Assembly (NCBI GenBank): GCA_019114225.1
Contig: DXFW01000013.1
Coordinates: forward strand, 13,260-77,259
Direction: 5' to 3'
DNA from: Candidatus Allofournierella pullicola
GTDB taxonomy: Bacteria > Bacillota > Clostridia > Oscillospirales > Ruminococcaceae
DNA: 64,000 bases
Shown: positions 32,506-40,559 of the stretch, piece by piece
Position numbering within the stretch: the stretch's first letter is position 1
How the letters are laid out: every line of letters begins with the position of its first letter
Made by a program: the position numbers and the translations under genes
The notes under the pieces: model-generated
The model's input: only the letters and a program-made list of their open reading frames with translations
What the model was told of the DNA's origin: nothing
Database searches by the model: none

Positions 32506-34152
32506 ATGCCGAATCTGTTGATTTTAGGCGCGGGCGGCTTTGGCCGCATGATTTATGAAAATGTGCAGAGCACCCGCCAGTTTGACAAGATCGCCATGCT
32601 GGACGACGCGGCCAAAGGCCCCGAGGTGATCGGCAAACTGGTGGACTATACCACCCTGCGGGAGGAATACCCCTGCGCGGTGGCGGCGTTCGGAAACAAC
32701 AAACTGCGGGTGCAGTGGGTGGACCGCCTGTTGCAGGCGGGCTTTGTTGTGCCCACCATCATCCATCCGTCGGCGGTGGTCAGCCCCTCGGCGGTGGTGG
32801 GCGCGGGCAGCTTTGTAATGCAGCGGGCAGTGGTGAACACCCACACGGTGCTGGGCAAGGGCTGCCTTGTCAACTGCGGCGCCATCATCGACCACGACAC
32901 CGTGGTGGGCGACGGCGCCCACATCAGCCTGGGCAGCGTGGTCAAGGCCAACTGCCAGATCGAGCCGGGCCGCAAGGTGGAGGCGGGCGAGGTCATCTTT
33001 GCCCAGCGGCGGGTCATCGACGGCGTGGACAGCCGCGAGCTGCAGGACGCCCTCTATGCTTTCGGCTTCGGCAACCAGTGCAGCTATGTCAAGCCCTTCG
33101 GCGCGGGCCACATCAACGAGACCTATGCCGTCTACATGCCCGGCGAGGAAGGGGACGAGCTGCGCTATGTGCTGCAGCGGGTGAACACCCATGTGTTCAA
33201 GAACCCCCGCGAGGTCATGCAGAACATCTTCGGCGTCACCGAGTACCTGCGCACCGTCATCCGTGCCCAGGGCGGCGACCCCGACCGGGAGACCTTGAGC
33301 TATATCAAGACCAAGGGCGGCGAGAATTATTATCAGGACACCCGCGGCCTGCCCTGGCGCTGCTACAACTACATCCCCGACTCGGTGTGCTACCAGAGCG
33401 TGGAGACCCCCGAGCAGTTCTATCAGTCCGCCCGCAGCTTCGGCAACTTCCTCAAGCAGCTGGACGGCTACCCCATCGAGACGCTGCACGAGACCATTCC
33501 CAAATTCCACGACACCGAAAACCGTCTGCGCACCTTCAAGCGGGCGGTGCAGCGGGACGTGAAGAACCGGGTGCGCACCTGCAAAAAGGAGATCGATTTT
33601 GTGATGGAGCGCGCGGCGGACTGCAGCGTGCTGATGGACGGCCTGCGGGCGGGCAAACTGCCTTTGCGGGTGACCCACAACGACACCAAGCTCAACAACA
33701 TCCTCTTTGACGCGGCCACCGGCAAGGGCATGTGTATCATCGACCTGGACACCATCATGCCGGGCCTTGCCCTCAATGACTTCGGCGATTCCATCCGCTT
33801 CGGCGCCACCCGCGCGGCGGAGGACGAGCCGGACGTGAGCAAGGTGCACTTTGAGCTGGACCTCTTTGAAGCCTACACCAAGGGCTACCTGGAAGCGGCG
33901 GGGGACGTGCTCACCGACGCGGAGAAGGAGTATCTGCCCTGGGGCGCGAAGATCATCACGCTGGAGTGCGGCATGCGCTTTTTGACCGACTACCTCCAGG
34001 GCGACGTCTACTTCAAGACCCAGTATCCCCACCACAATCTGGTGCGCTGCCGCACCCAGTTCAAGCTGGTGGCGGAGATGGAAGAGCACTTTGACGAGAT
34101 GAAAGCCATCGTGAAAAAATACAGCGAAATGCCCGGGGGAGAAGCCAAATGA
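32506..34152 (+). CDS. Fusion protein: N-terminal NeuD/PglD-type hexapeptide acetyltransferase plus C-terminal NahK(LnpB)-like N-acetylhexosamine 1-kinase (548 aa)
   Basis: Residues 1 to about 190: LLILGAGGFGRMI plus the left-handed beta-helix repeats IHPSAVVSPSAVVGAGSFVMQRAVVNTHTVLGKGCLVNCGAIIDHDTVVGDGAHISLGSVV. Residues from about 195-548 carry FGAGHINETY, HDTENR, LRVTHNDTKLNNILFD, IIDLDTIMPG, FGDSIRFGA and ECGMRFLTDYLQGDVYFKTQYPHHNLVRCRTQFKLV. These match Bifidobacterium NahK as I remember it. Confidence 0.8.
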   Translation: MPNLLILGAGGFGRMIYENVQSTRQFDKIAMLDDAAKGPEVIGKLVDYTTLREEYPCAVAAFGNNKLRVQWVDRLLQAGFVVPTIIHPSAVVSPSAVVGAGSFVMQRAVVNTHTVLGKGCLVNCGAIIDHDTVVGDGAHISLGSVVKANCQIEPGRKVEAGEVIFAQRRVIDGVDSRELQDALYAFGFGNQCSYVKPFGAGHINETYAVYMPGEEGDELRYVLQRVNTHVFKNPREVMQNIFGVTEYLRTVIRAQGGDPDRETLSYIKTKGGENYYQDTRGLPWRCYNYIPDSVCYQSVETPEQFYQSARSFGNFLKQLDGYPIETLHETIPKFHDTENRLRTFKRAVQRDVKNRVRTCKKEIDFVMERAADCSVLMDGLRAGKLPLRVTHNDTKLNNILFDAATGKGMCIIDLDTIMPGLALNDFGDSIRFGATRAAEDEPDVSKVHFELDLFEAYTKGYLEAAGDVLTDAEKEYLPWGAKIITLECGMRFLTDYLQGDVYFKTQYPHHNLVRCRTQFKLVAEMEEHFDEMKAIVKKYSEMPGGEAK

Positions 34153-34691
34153 AACTGCTCATCGCCTCCGACCTGCACGGGTCGGCTCACTATTGTGAAA
34201 AACTGCTGGCACGCGTGGACGCCGAGCAGCCGGACAAGGTCCTGCTGCTGGGCGATCTGCTCTACCACGGCCCCCGCAACGACCTGCCCCAAGGCTACGC
34301 CCCCAAACAGGTCATCCCCATGCTCAACGGCCTGAAGGACAAGATCATCGCCGTGCGGGGCAACTGCGACGCCGAGGTGGACCAGATGGTGCTGGAGTTC
34401 CCCATCATGGCGGACTACACCACCCTGGTGCTGGAGAACGGCCGCACCCTGTTTGCCACCCACGGCCATCTCTTCGACCCGGACCACCTGCCCCCGCTGC
34501 CCGCGGGCAGCGCCTTCGCCTTCGGCCACATCCATGTGAAGCACGCCGAGCGGCAGGGCGACACCCTCATCCTGAACCCCGGCAGCGTGTCCATCCCCAA
34601 GGACGGCAGCCACAGCTACATGGTCTACGAAAACGGCACCTTCACCGCCAAGACCCTGGATGGTGAGCCGGTGGCCAGCGTGGCCTTCTGA
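34149..34691 (+). CDS. yfcE: YfcE-family metallophosphoesterase (MJ0936-type phosphodiesterase)
   Basis: MKLLIASDLHGS, LLLGDLLYHGPRN, VRGNCD, ATHGH and GHIH metallophosphoesterase motifs. ATGA overlap with the upstream fusion gene. Confidence 0.85.
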   Translation: MKLLIASDLHGSAHYCEKLLARVDAEQPDKVLLLGDLLYHGPRNDLPQGYAPKQVIPMLNGLKDKIIAVRGNCDAEVDQMVLEFPIMADYTTLVLENGRTLFATHGHLFDPDHLPPLPAGSAFAFGHIHVKHAERQGDTLILNPGSVSIPKDGSHSYMVYENGTFTAKTLDGEPVASVAF

Positions 34692-34746
34692 AAAAACAAA
34701 ACGCGGCGCGGAAAGAACTTCTTTCCGCGCCGCGCGCTTTTTTTGT
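34691..34746. terminator. Bidirectional intrinsic terminator (yfcE and crp-like genes converge)
   Basis: Long perfect hairpin GCGCGGCGCGGAAAGAA-ct-TCTTTCCGCGCCGCGCGC, flanked by AAAAAACAAAA and TTTTTTTGTT. Confidence 0.9.
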
Positions 34747-35414
34747 TACCGCAGGCTGTCTCCGGCGATGGAAACAAGGCGCTCCTCGTCCAGCACCTGC
34801 AGGCTGCCCCGGCCCAGCTTCACCAGGCCCTCGGCGGAAAAATACCGCAGCATGCGGGTGATGACCTCCCGGGCGCTGCCCAGGTGCTGGGCGATGGCGT
34901 CGTGGGTGAGGGTCAGCGTGTCCGACCCGGTCAGGCGGCTCTCCTCCACCAGAAAGGCGGCCAGCCGGCTGTCCAGATGTTTGTAGAGGATCTGGTCCAG
35001 CAGCCACATCACGTCGGAAAAGCGGCTGGCGATAAGCTCGGTGGTGAAGTTTGCCACCGCCGCCGACTGGCGCATCAGCTCTTTATACACCGGGGCGGGG
35101 ATACGCCAGAACACCGTGTCCTGCTCCGCCTGCACCGAGATGTCGAATTGCAGGCTGTTCAGCATGCAGTAGGCGCTCATCAGGCACACGTCCCGACTGA
35201 ACAGCCGGTAGAGGGTGACCTGCCGCCCGTCCTCCGACAGAGAGAACCCCCGCAGCTGGCCGCTCACCAGCACCAGCAGACCCACGCAGTCGGCGGTGCC
35301 GTTGTGGATGACCTCGCCCTTTTTCACATGTTCCAGCGTGGCGGTGCCCTCCAGCTTTGCCTGCTGCTGGGCGGTCAGCTCTTTCCAGAAGGGCAGATAT
35401 TCCCGAAATTCCAT
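34746..35414 (-). CDS. Crp/Fnr-family transcriptional regulator
   Basis: N-terminal cNMP-binding beta-barrel (GEVIHNGTADCVGLLVLVSGQLRGFSLSEDGRQVTLYRL). C-terminal HTH LTHDAIAQHLGSAREVITRMLRYFSAEGLV. No Fnr-type N-terminal Cys cluster. Confidence 0.85.
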   Translation of the reverse strand: MEFREYLPFWKELTAQQQAKLEGTATLEHVKKGEVIHNGTADCVGLLVLVSGQLRGFSLSEDGRQVTLYRLFSRDVCLMSAYCMLNSLQFDISVQAEQDTVFWRIPAPVYKELMRQSAAVANFTTELIASRFSDVMWLLDQILYKHLDSRLAAFLVEESRLTGSDTLTLTHDAIAQHLGSAREVITRMLRYFSAEGLVKLGRGSLQVLDEERLVSIAGDSLR

Positions 35415-35439
35415 GCCGCGCGCCTCCTTTTCTGTCTGC

Positions 35440-36003
35440 TCACAGGCTCAAAAGGCCCAGATGTTCCAAAAGTACCTTCACACCGATGAGGATGAGCACC
35501 ACGCCGCCCGCCAGCTCCGCGCCGCCCTTGTAGCGCGCGCCGAACCGGTGGCCCACCCAAACGCCCACAGCGGACAGGCAGAAGGTGGTCACGCCGATGA
35601 AGCTCACCGCCCAGAGGATCTTCACGTCCAGCAGCGCCAGGCTCACCCCGGCGGCCAGCGCGTCAATGCTGGTGGCCACCGCCAGCGGCAGCATTTCTTT
35701 GGGGGAGAAACCTTTGTCCGCCGGGCAGGCTTGCTCCCGGGACTCCCGGATCATCCCCACGCCGATGAAGGCCAGCAGGCCGAACACCACCCAGTGGTCA
35801 AAGCCGCTGATGAAGCGGGCGAACTGAGCGCCCAGAATGAAGCCCAGCAGGGGCATGAGGGCCTGGAAACCGCCGAAATAAAGGCCGGTGATGACCATGT
35901 GGCCCGATTTCAGTTTGGGCTGGCTGAGCCCCTTGCAGATGGATACGGCGAAGGCGTCCATGGAAAGCCCCACCGCCAGAATGAACAGTTCCGCCAGACT
36001 CAT
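35440..36003 (-). CDS. mntP: Manganese efflux pump MntP
   Basis: ILAVGLSMDAFAVSICKG...GGFQALMPLLGF and a second DUF204 repeat LAVATSIDALAAGVSL. Confidence 0.88.
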   Translation of the reverse strand: MSLAELFILAVGLSMDAFAVSICKGLSQPKLKSGHMVITGLYFGGFQALMPLLGFILGAQFARFISGFDHWVVFGLLAFIGVGMIRESREQACPADKGFSPKEMLPLAVATSIDALAAGVSLALLDVKILWAVSFIGVTTFCLSAVGVWVGHRFGARYKGGAELAGGVVLILIGVKVLLEHLGLLSL

Positions 36004-36018
36004 GCAAAAACCACCTCG

Positions 36019-36879
36019 TCACGCCGTGCGGCGCAGATTGTAGAGAAAATTTGCCGCCGCCGTGGCGACGATGATCAGATACCCCAGCCAGCTCAGGCCG
36101 TCGGGCACCTGCCTGAAGAACAAAAAGCCCAGCAGCGCAGAGAAGAGGATCTGGGAATAATCAAACACCGAGATCTCCCGCGCCGGGGCGCAGCTGTAGG
36201 CGGCGGTGATGGAAAACTGGGCAAACGCCGCCGAAAGCCCCACCAGAAAAAGAATGCCCAGCTGGGCGGAGGTCATGGGCACGAACTCCGCCAACATCAT
36301 CGGCCCGGTCACCAGACAGGAGAACAGGGAAAAGCAGAACACGATGAAGGGCCCCGGCACGCCGCGGGTGCCCAGCAGATGGACCATGGTGTAGGCAAAG
36401 CCTGCGCCAAAGCCTCCCAAAAGGCCGATGAGCGCCGGGAAAAGGGTCATGTTCTGGCCGGTGGGCTTCACCACCAGCAGCACCCCGCAGAAAGCCGCCG
36501 CCACCGCTCCCAGCTGGAAGGGGGTCAGCTTTTCCTTGAGCAGCAGGGCGCTCAGCACAATGGCGAAGAAGGGGCTCATCTTGTTGAGCATGGAGGCGTC
36601 CGCCAGCAGCAGATGGTCCACCGCATAGAAGTTGCACAGCACGCCCAGCGTGCCGAAGGAAGAGCGCAGGAACATATACCACCAGTCGGCCTTTTCCATC
36701 TTCACGGCGGGGCGTTTTTTCACCAGCACCGCCGCCGCGAAGAACAGCGCCACCAAATTGCGGAAAAAGCTTTTTTGCACGGCGGGCAGGTCCCCCGCCA
36801 GCCGCACCAGCAGCGCCATCAGCGCAAAGAAAAACGCCGACAGCAAAATGTAAAACACGCCTTTGTATCGTTTGTCCAA
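36019..36879 (-). CDS. DMT-superfamily (EamA-type) transporter
   Basis: 10-TM profile with two EamA repeats. The start is taken as TTG 36879, 8 nt after GGGAGG (TTG 36882 is also possible). The track ORF start 36972 lies inside the divergent promoter region. Confidence 0.75.
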   Translation of the reverse strand: MDKRYKGVFYILLSAFFFALMALLVRLAGDLPAVQKSFFRNLVALFFAAAVLVKKRPAVKMEKADWWYMFLRSSFGTLGVLCNFYAVDHLLLADASMLNKMSPFFAIVLSALLLKEKLTPFQLGAVAAAFCGVLLVVKPTGQNMTLFPALIGLLGGFGAGFAYTMVHLLGTRGVPGPFIVFCFSLFSCLVTGPMMLAEFVPMTSAQLGILFLVGLSAAFAQFSITAAYSCAPAREISVFDYSQILFSALLGFLFFRQVPDGLSWLGYLIIVATAAANFLYNLRRTA

Positions 36880-36980
36880 CAAAACGGCCTCCCGGAAAAT
36901 CTGTAAAACGGTATAATTATAGCAACGAGCGGCCCGAAAGTAAAGGGAATCGCCCCCTGGGACAGGCGGCAAAAAAATGC

Positions 36981-37009
36981 TTGCATTCGGCAGACGGCTG
37001 TGATATAAT
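36981..37009 (+). promoter_or_regulatory. Promoter of the tRNA pair (TTGCAT-17 nt-TGaTATAAT)
   Basis: TTGCAT at 36981-36986, extended -10 TG at 37001-37002, TATAAT at 37004-37009. The first tRNA starts about 19 nt downstream. Confidence 0.7.
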
Positions 37010-37027
37010 ACAACTCGCAGCCGGTGC

Positions 37028-37102
37028 GCAGGTGTCGTACAACGGCTAGTACATCAGCCTTCCAAGCTGAGGACGTGGGTTCGACTCCCATCACCTGCTC
37101 CA
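37028..37102 (+). tRNA. tRNA-Gly (anticodon UCC), CCA encoded
   Basis: Hand-folded cloverleaf. Acceptor GCAGGTG/CACCTGC, D stem GTAC/GTAC, anticodon arm TCAGC-CTTCCAA-GCTGA, T arm GTGGG-TTCGACT-CCCAT, discriminator T plus CCA. Confidence 0.88.
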
Positions 37103-37128
37103 ACAGCGGTTCGGCTGGCGCATGATAT

Positions 37129-37215
37129 GCGGATGTGGCGGAATTGGCAGACGCGCTAGATTCAGGTTCTAGTGGGGGCAACTCCATATGGGTTCAAGTC
37201 CCTTCATCCGCACCA
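37129..37215 (+). tRNA. tRNA-Leu (anticodon CAG), long variable arm, CCA encoded
   Basis: Acceptor GCGGATG/CATCCGC, anticodon arm CTAGA-TTCAGGT-TCTAG, variable arm TGGGGGCAACTCCA, T loop TTCAAGT. 87 nt long, and one T-stem mismatch in my fold. Confidence 0.85.
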
Positions 37216-37217
37216 GC

Positions 37218-37251
37218 GGCCCCGGTTTTTGACCGGGGCCGTTTTCTTTTT
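37218..37251 (+). terminator. Intrinsic terminator after the tRNA pair
   Basis: GGCCCCGGT-ttttg-ACCGGGGCC followed by GTTTTCTTTTT. Confidence 0.8.
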
Positions 37252-37275
37252 GAAAAACGGAAAGGGGAGAGGTGC

Positions 37276-37602
37276 ATGGCAAAACTGGAAAAGGCCCTTG
37301 GCGGCGATTTCGACGCGCTGCTGGCCCGCATTGAACAGGGCATTCTGGAGGGCAGCGTTTCCGCCTCGCTGGAAGCTTCCAGCGATTTTTCCGAGGCCGG
37401 CGCCCGGTGCAGCGTGCGGGTGTTCGAGCGGTTCAGCTACGCCGGCGGCAACCGCCTGAGCATGAACGTGACCCTGTTCCAAAGCGGCGAAGGGCCCATC
37501 CACCTCTCCGCCATCACCGCCGGCGGCAGCCAGGCGCTGTTCGTCAAGATCAACACCTGGGGCGAGGAGGCTTTTCTGGACAAGCTCCGGGAGCTGCTGT
37601 GA
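37276..37602 (+). CDS. Small conserved hypothetical protein (108 aa; possibly DUF6054, low certainty)
   Basis: GGGGAGAGG SD precedes ATG 37276. Sequence MAKLEKALGGDFDALLARIEQGILEGSVSASLEASSDF..RCSVRVFERFSYAGGNRLSMNVTLFQ. The track ORF 37135-37602 runs through tRNA-Leu and is over-extended. Confidence 0.55.
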   Translation: MAKLEKALGGDFDALLARIEQGILEGSVSASLEASSDFSEAGARCSVRVFERFSYAGGNRLSMNVTLFQSGEGPIHLSAITAGGSQALFVKINTWGEEAFLDKLRELL

Positions 37603-37616
37603 ACCGGATATAAAAT

Positions 37617-37657
37617 GAAAAGCCCCCGCAGGCTGTTCAGCCTGCGGGGGCTTTTTT
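37617..37657. terminator. Bidirectional intrinsic terminator
   Basis: AAAAGCCCCCGCAGGCTG-ttc-AGCCTGCGGGGGCTTTTTT. Confidence 0.9.
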
Positions 37658-37670
37658 GCCCGAGGGGCCG

Positions 37671-39533
37671 TCACCCCACCTGATAGATGACATATTCTCC
37701 CTGGCGGAACACCTCGGTGCAGTTGCTCTGATACCAGCCCTCGTCGGCGGCGAACTCATTGCGCTCAAAGCCGCTGAACACCACATAGTCCACGCCCCAC
37801 TCCTCCAGCAGGGCGACGCCGGGCGTTTCGTACATCGCCTTTGCCGCCGCCTGCTGGTCGGCGTAGTTGAGACCGTGGTAATAGAGATAGCTGGGGCTGC
37901 CGCAGAGCACCGTGCGCCCCGCAAGGCTGGCCACCGCATTGATGTGCTGGGTGCCGGTCAAAAACAGGGCGTGGGGGTCGGTCTCCTCCTTTGCCCATTC
38001 GCCCGCGGCGATGGCGTCGGCGGAAAACTGCTGGTATTCGCTCACCAGTTCCCGCCCCACCGTGAGCACGCTGCCAAAGGTGGCCAGAAACACCAGAACG
38101 CTTGCCAGCGCAGCCCCGGCGGCCTTTCGGGGCAGTTTTTTCACCAGCCGGCAGATCAGGCCCGCCGCCAGAATGCAGCCCAGCAAATGCCAGACGAATA
38201 GCAATTTGTTGTTGTCATAGTCGTTGGGCTGAAACACCACAAACTCGCTCAGAAGCAGGATGGCCAGCCCGCCGCCGTAGAACCAGCGCAGGGCCTTGTC
38301 CGCGGCGATGAAGGCCGGGATGAGCAGGAGATACACCACCCCGATGTTCTTGATGTAGAACCAGAAGTAGTTGTCCCCCTCATTGGCCCAGTTGAAGGAA
38401 AGGCGCAAAAACCGCTCGCCGCCCTGCACGCCCGGCAGGATCTCCCCCAGCATTTGAGGCAGCCAGGCAGCGGCGCACACTGCCGCCAGTGCCAGCCAGG
38501 GGAGGAGGGCGGCGCGGCTGCGGCCGGTGAGCAGCTGGCGGAAAAACAGCACCCCGCAGATGAGCACCAGCGCCAGCGCGGCGTGGGTCTGGGTGAGGGG
38601 CAGGGGCGCGGCCAGCAACGCCAGGCCGGGCCAGAGCTCCCGCCGGCCTTCCAGGGCGAAGGCCGCCAGCAGCGCCAGGGCGGGGAAGAGCAGCGCCCAG
38701 CCGAACAGGGTGGCCCGCTGGGGCACCAGCATATCCACAATGGGGTTCACCCAGCGGATGTTCTCCTGCACATAGTTGGTGGGTGTCTCGTAAAAAGCGG
38801 TGAAAATGCGGGTGAAGTTGCCCTTTTCGCCGCCGAGGAAATAGACAAAGCCAAAGCCGCTGCCCATGAAGAACAGCCAGAAGGCAAGGCTGGCCGCTCC
38901 CGCGCTTTTCAAAAGGCGCTTTGCCAGCAGCCACGCCCCGCCGAACACGGCGGGCAGCGCCGCCAGCTGGGGCAGCAGGCAGGCGAACTTCAGCCCCGCC
39001 CCCAGCAGCAGGGACACGGCGGACACGCTTTCGCCCAGATAGTGATAGCCCGCCACCGTCTGCCCCGCCAGCAGCGAAAAGCCCGGCGGGAAATCCCCCT
39101 GCTGGGCCAGCGCCTGAATGAGGGCCAGGTGCATGGGCAGGTCTCCGTAGGTGCTCTGGCCGCACCAGTAGGCCCCGTCTTTTAAATAAAGAGTGTGGGT
39201 GAACAGCAGCCATCCGGTGAGGGCCAGCGCCGGCAGAAGGCACAGCCAGAACCCCCGCTCCACCTTCCGGTCCATGGCTGTGCCCGCGGCGGGCAGCCAG
39301 CCCCACACTGCCAGCGCCGCCGTCACCGCCAGAGCGGTGAGCGCGGCGGGCAGGGTGAAGCGGAAGACCAGCGCAGCCAGCGCGGGCAGCGCGGCCAGCA
39401 GCGCTGTGGCAAAGGCGCTGGCGAACACCACCCGCTCCTGCACATCCGAATGGGGCACAAGGCGGCGGGCAAGGCCCGCCCCCGCCGCCAGGAACACCCC
39501 CATATAAACAAGGCTCAGCACATTGCCCATCAT
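37671..39533 (-). CDS. Large polytopic membrane protein, GT-C-fold glycosyltransferase-like (620 aa), family uncertain
   Basis: At least 12 predicted TM segments, a loop motif STYGDLPMHLALIQALAQQGDFPPGF...YHYLGE, and a soluble C-terminal domain of about 130 aa (..WGVDYVVFSGFERNEF..). The start ATG overlaps the stop of the radical SAM gene (ATGA 39530-39533). Confidence 0.5.
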   Translation of the reverse strand: MMGNVLSLVYMGVFLAAGAGLARRLVPHSDVQERVVFASAFATALLAALPALAALVFRFTLPAALTALAVTAALAVWGWLPAAGTAMDRKVERGFWLCLLPALALTGWLLFTHTLYLKDGAYWCGQSTYGDLPMHLALIQALAQQGDFPPGFSLLAGQTVAGYHYLGESVSAVSLLLGAGLKFACLLPQLAALPAVFGGAWLLAKRLLKSAGAASLAFWLFFMGSGFGFVYFLGGEKGNFTRIFTAFYETPTNYVQENIRWVNPIVDMLVPQRATLFGWALLFPALALLAAFALEGRRELWPGLALLAAPLPLTQTHAALALVLICGVLFFRQLLTGRSRAALLPWLALAAVCAAAWLPQMLGEILPGVQGGERFLRLSFNWANEGDNYFWFYIKNIGVVYLLLIPAFIAADKALRWFYGGGLAILLLSEFVVFQPNDYDNNKLLFVWHLLGCILAAGLICRLVKKLPRKAAGAALASVLVFLATFGSVLTVGRELVSEYQQFSADAIAAGEWAKEETDPHALFLTGTQHINAVASLAGRTVLCGSPSYLYYHGLNYADQQAAAKAMYETPGVALLEEWGVDYVVFSGFERNEFAADEGWYQSNCTEVFRQGEYVIYQVG

Positions 39534-40423
39534 ATGCCCTCCAGATCAAAGGGAGGCGTGTATTCCTCCTTTGCGCTGCTCTTTTCCTGCATGTAGCCTT
39601 CCGTCAGGCCCAGCTCCACCGCCCGGTCGATGACCTGCCGGTACTCCCAGGTGGAGACCCGCCGGTCCAGCGGCTTCATTTCTTTCGCCTTATAAAAAGG
39701 TGTGTACTGGCTCATCAGGCTGGGGATGAAGCTGCCTTTGGACAGGGTGGCCATCCAGTCCAGCACCGCCCGGCTGTCCGCCAGGGCGCCCGGCAGCGCC
39801 AGGTGGCGCAGGATGACTCCCCTTTGCAGATAGCCTTCCCCGTCGAACACCGGCGGGCCCGCCTGTTCCAGCATGGCCTTTACCGCGGCTTCGCAAACAG
39901 TGAAATAATCTGCCGCATCGGAATACTTTTTGGAGATTTCCGGCGAAATATACTTAACGTCGCAAAGCCATACGTCCACATAACCCTTCAAAGCGGCCAC
40001 GGTCTCCAATGTTTCGTAACCGCCGGTGTTCCACACCACGGGCAGGGTCAGGCCCTTTACGCGGGCCGAGTCCAGCGCGGCGGTCACCCAGGGCAGCCAC
40101 TGGGTGGCGGTGACCAGATTGAGGTTTGCCGCGCCCTTTGCCTGCAGTTCCAGAAAAATGTCCGAAAGGCGCGCTTCGTCGATGTCCCTGCCCAGGCCCT
40201 GCTGGCTGATGGCATAGTTCTGGCAGTAGCAGCAGCCCAGGGAGCAGCCGGTGAAGAACACCGTGCCGCTGCCTTTTTCGCCGCTGATACAAGGCTCCTC
40301 CCAGAAGTGGAGGGCTGCCCGGGCGGCGCGAAGCTGCCCGCCGGCGCCGCAGCGGCCGGGGCGTTTGGTGCGGTCCGCGCCGCAGCGGCGGGGGCACAGT
40401 TCGCAGTGGGTGGGGATGATCAT
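39530..40423 (-). CDS. Radical SAM protein, PflX-type (pyruvate formate-lyase activase-like, COG1313)
   Basis: N-terminal CELCPRRCGADR Cys cluster and canonical CSLGCCYCQN (CxxxCxxC). C-terminal ..MSQYTPFYKA.. is typical of PflX-like proteins. Confidence 0.8.
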   Translation of the reverse strand: MIIPTHCELCPRRCGADRTKRPGRCGAGGQLRAARAALHFWEEPCISGEKGSGTVFFTGCSLGCCYCQNYAISQQGLGRDIDEARLSDIFLELQAKGAANLNLVTATQWLPWVTAALDSARVKGLTLPVVWNTGGYETLETVAALKGYVDVWLCDVKYISPEISKKYSDAADYFTVCEAAVKAMLEQAGPPVFDGEGYLQRGVILRHLALPGALADSRAVLDWMATLSKGSFIPSLMSQYTPFYKAKEMKPLDRRVSTWEYRQVIDRAVELGLTEGYMQEKSSAKEEYTPPFDLEGI

Positions 40424-40559
40424 GGGACACGACCTTTCGCTGGGGATTTAAATTTTCCGTGAACATTGTACCATATTTCACCCCCGGTGTGGTATAATGG
40501 CCCTGAAAGCTGATCGTGCAATCTTTTCCCGCAAAAAGACAAATGAAAGGACGGATGTC

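Noticed and set aside
37135-37602. 155-aa ORF starting inside tRNA-Leu.
   Set aside because: It reads through the tRNA and its terminator. The real CDS starts at ATG 37276 after a GGGGAGAGG SD.
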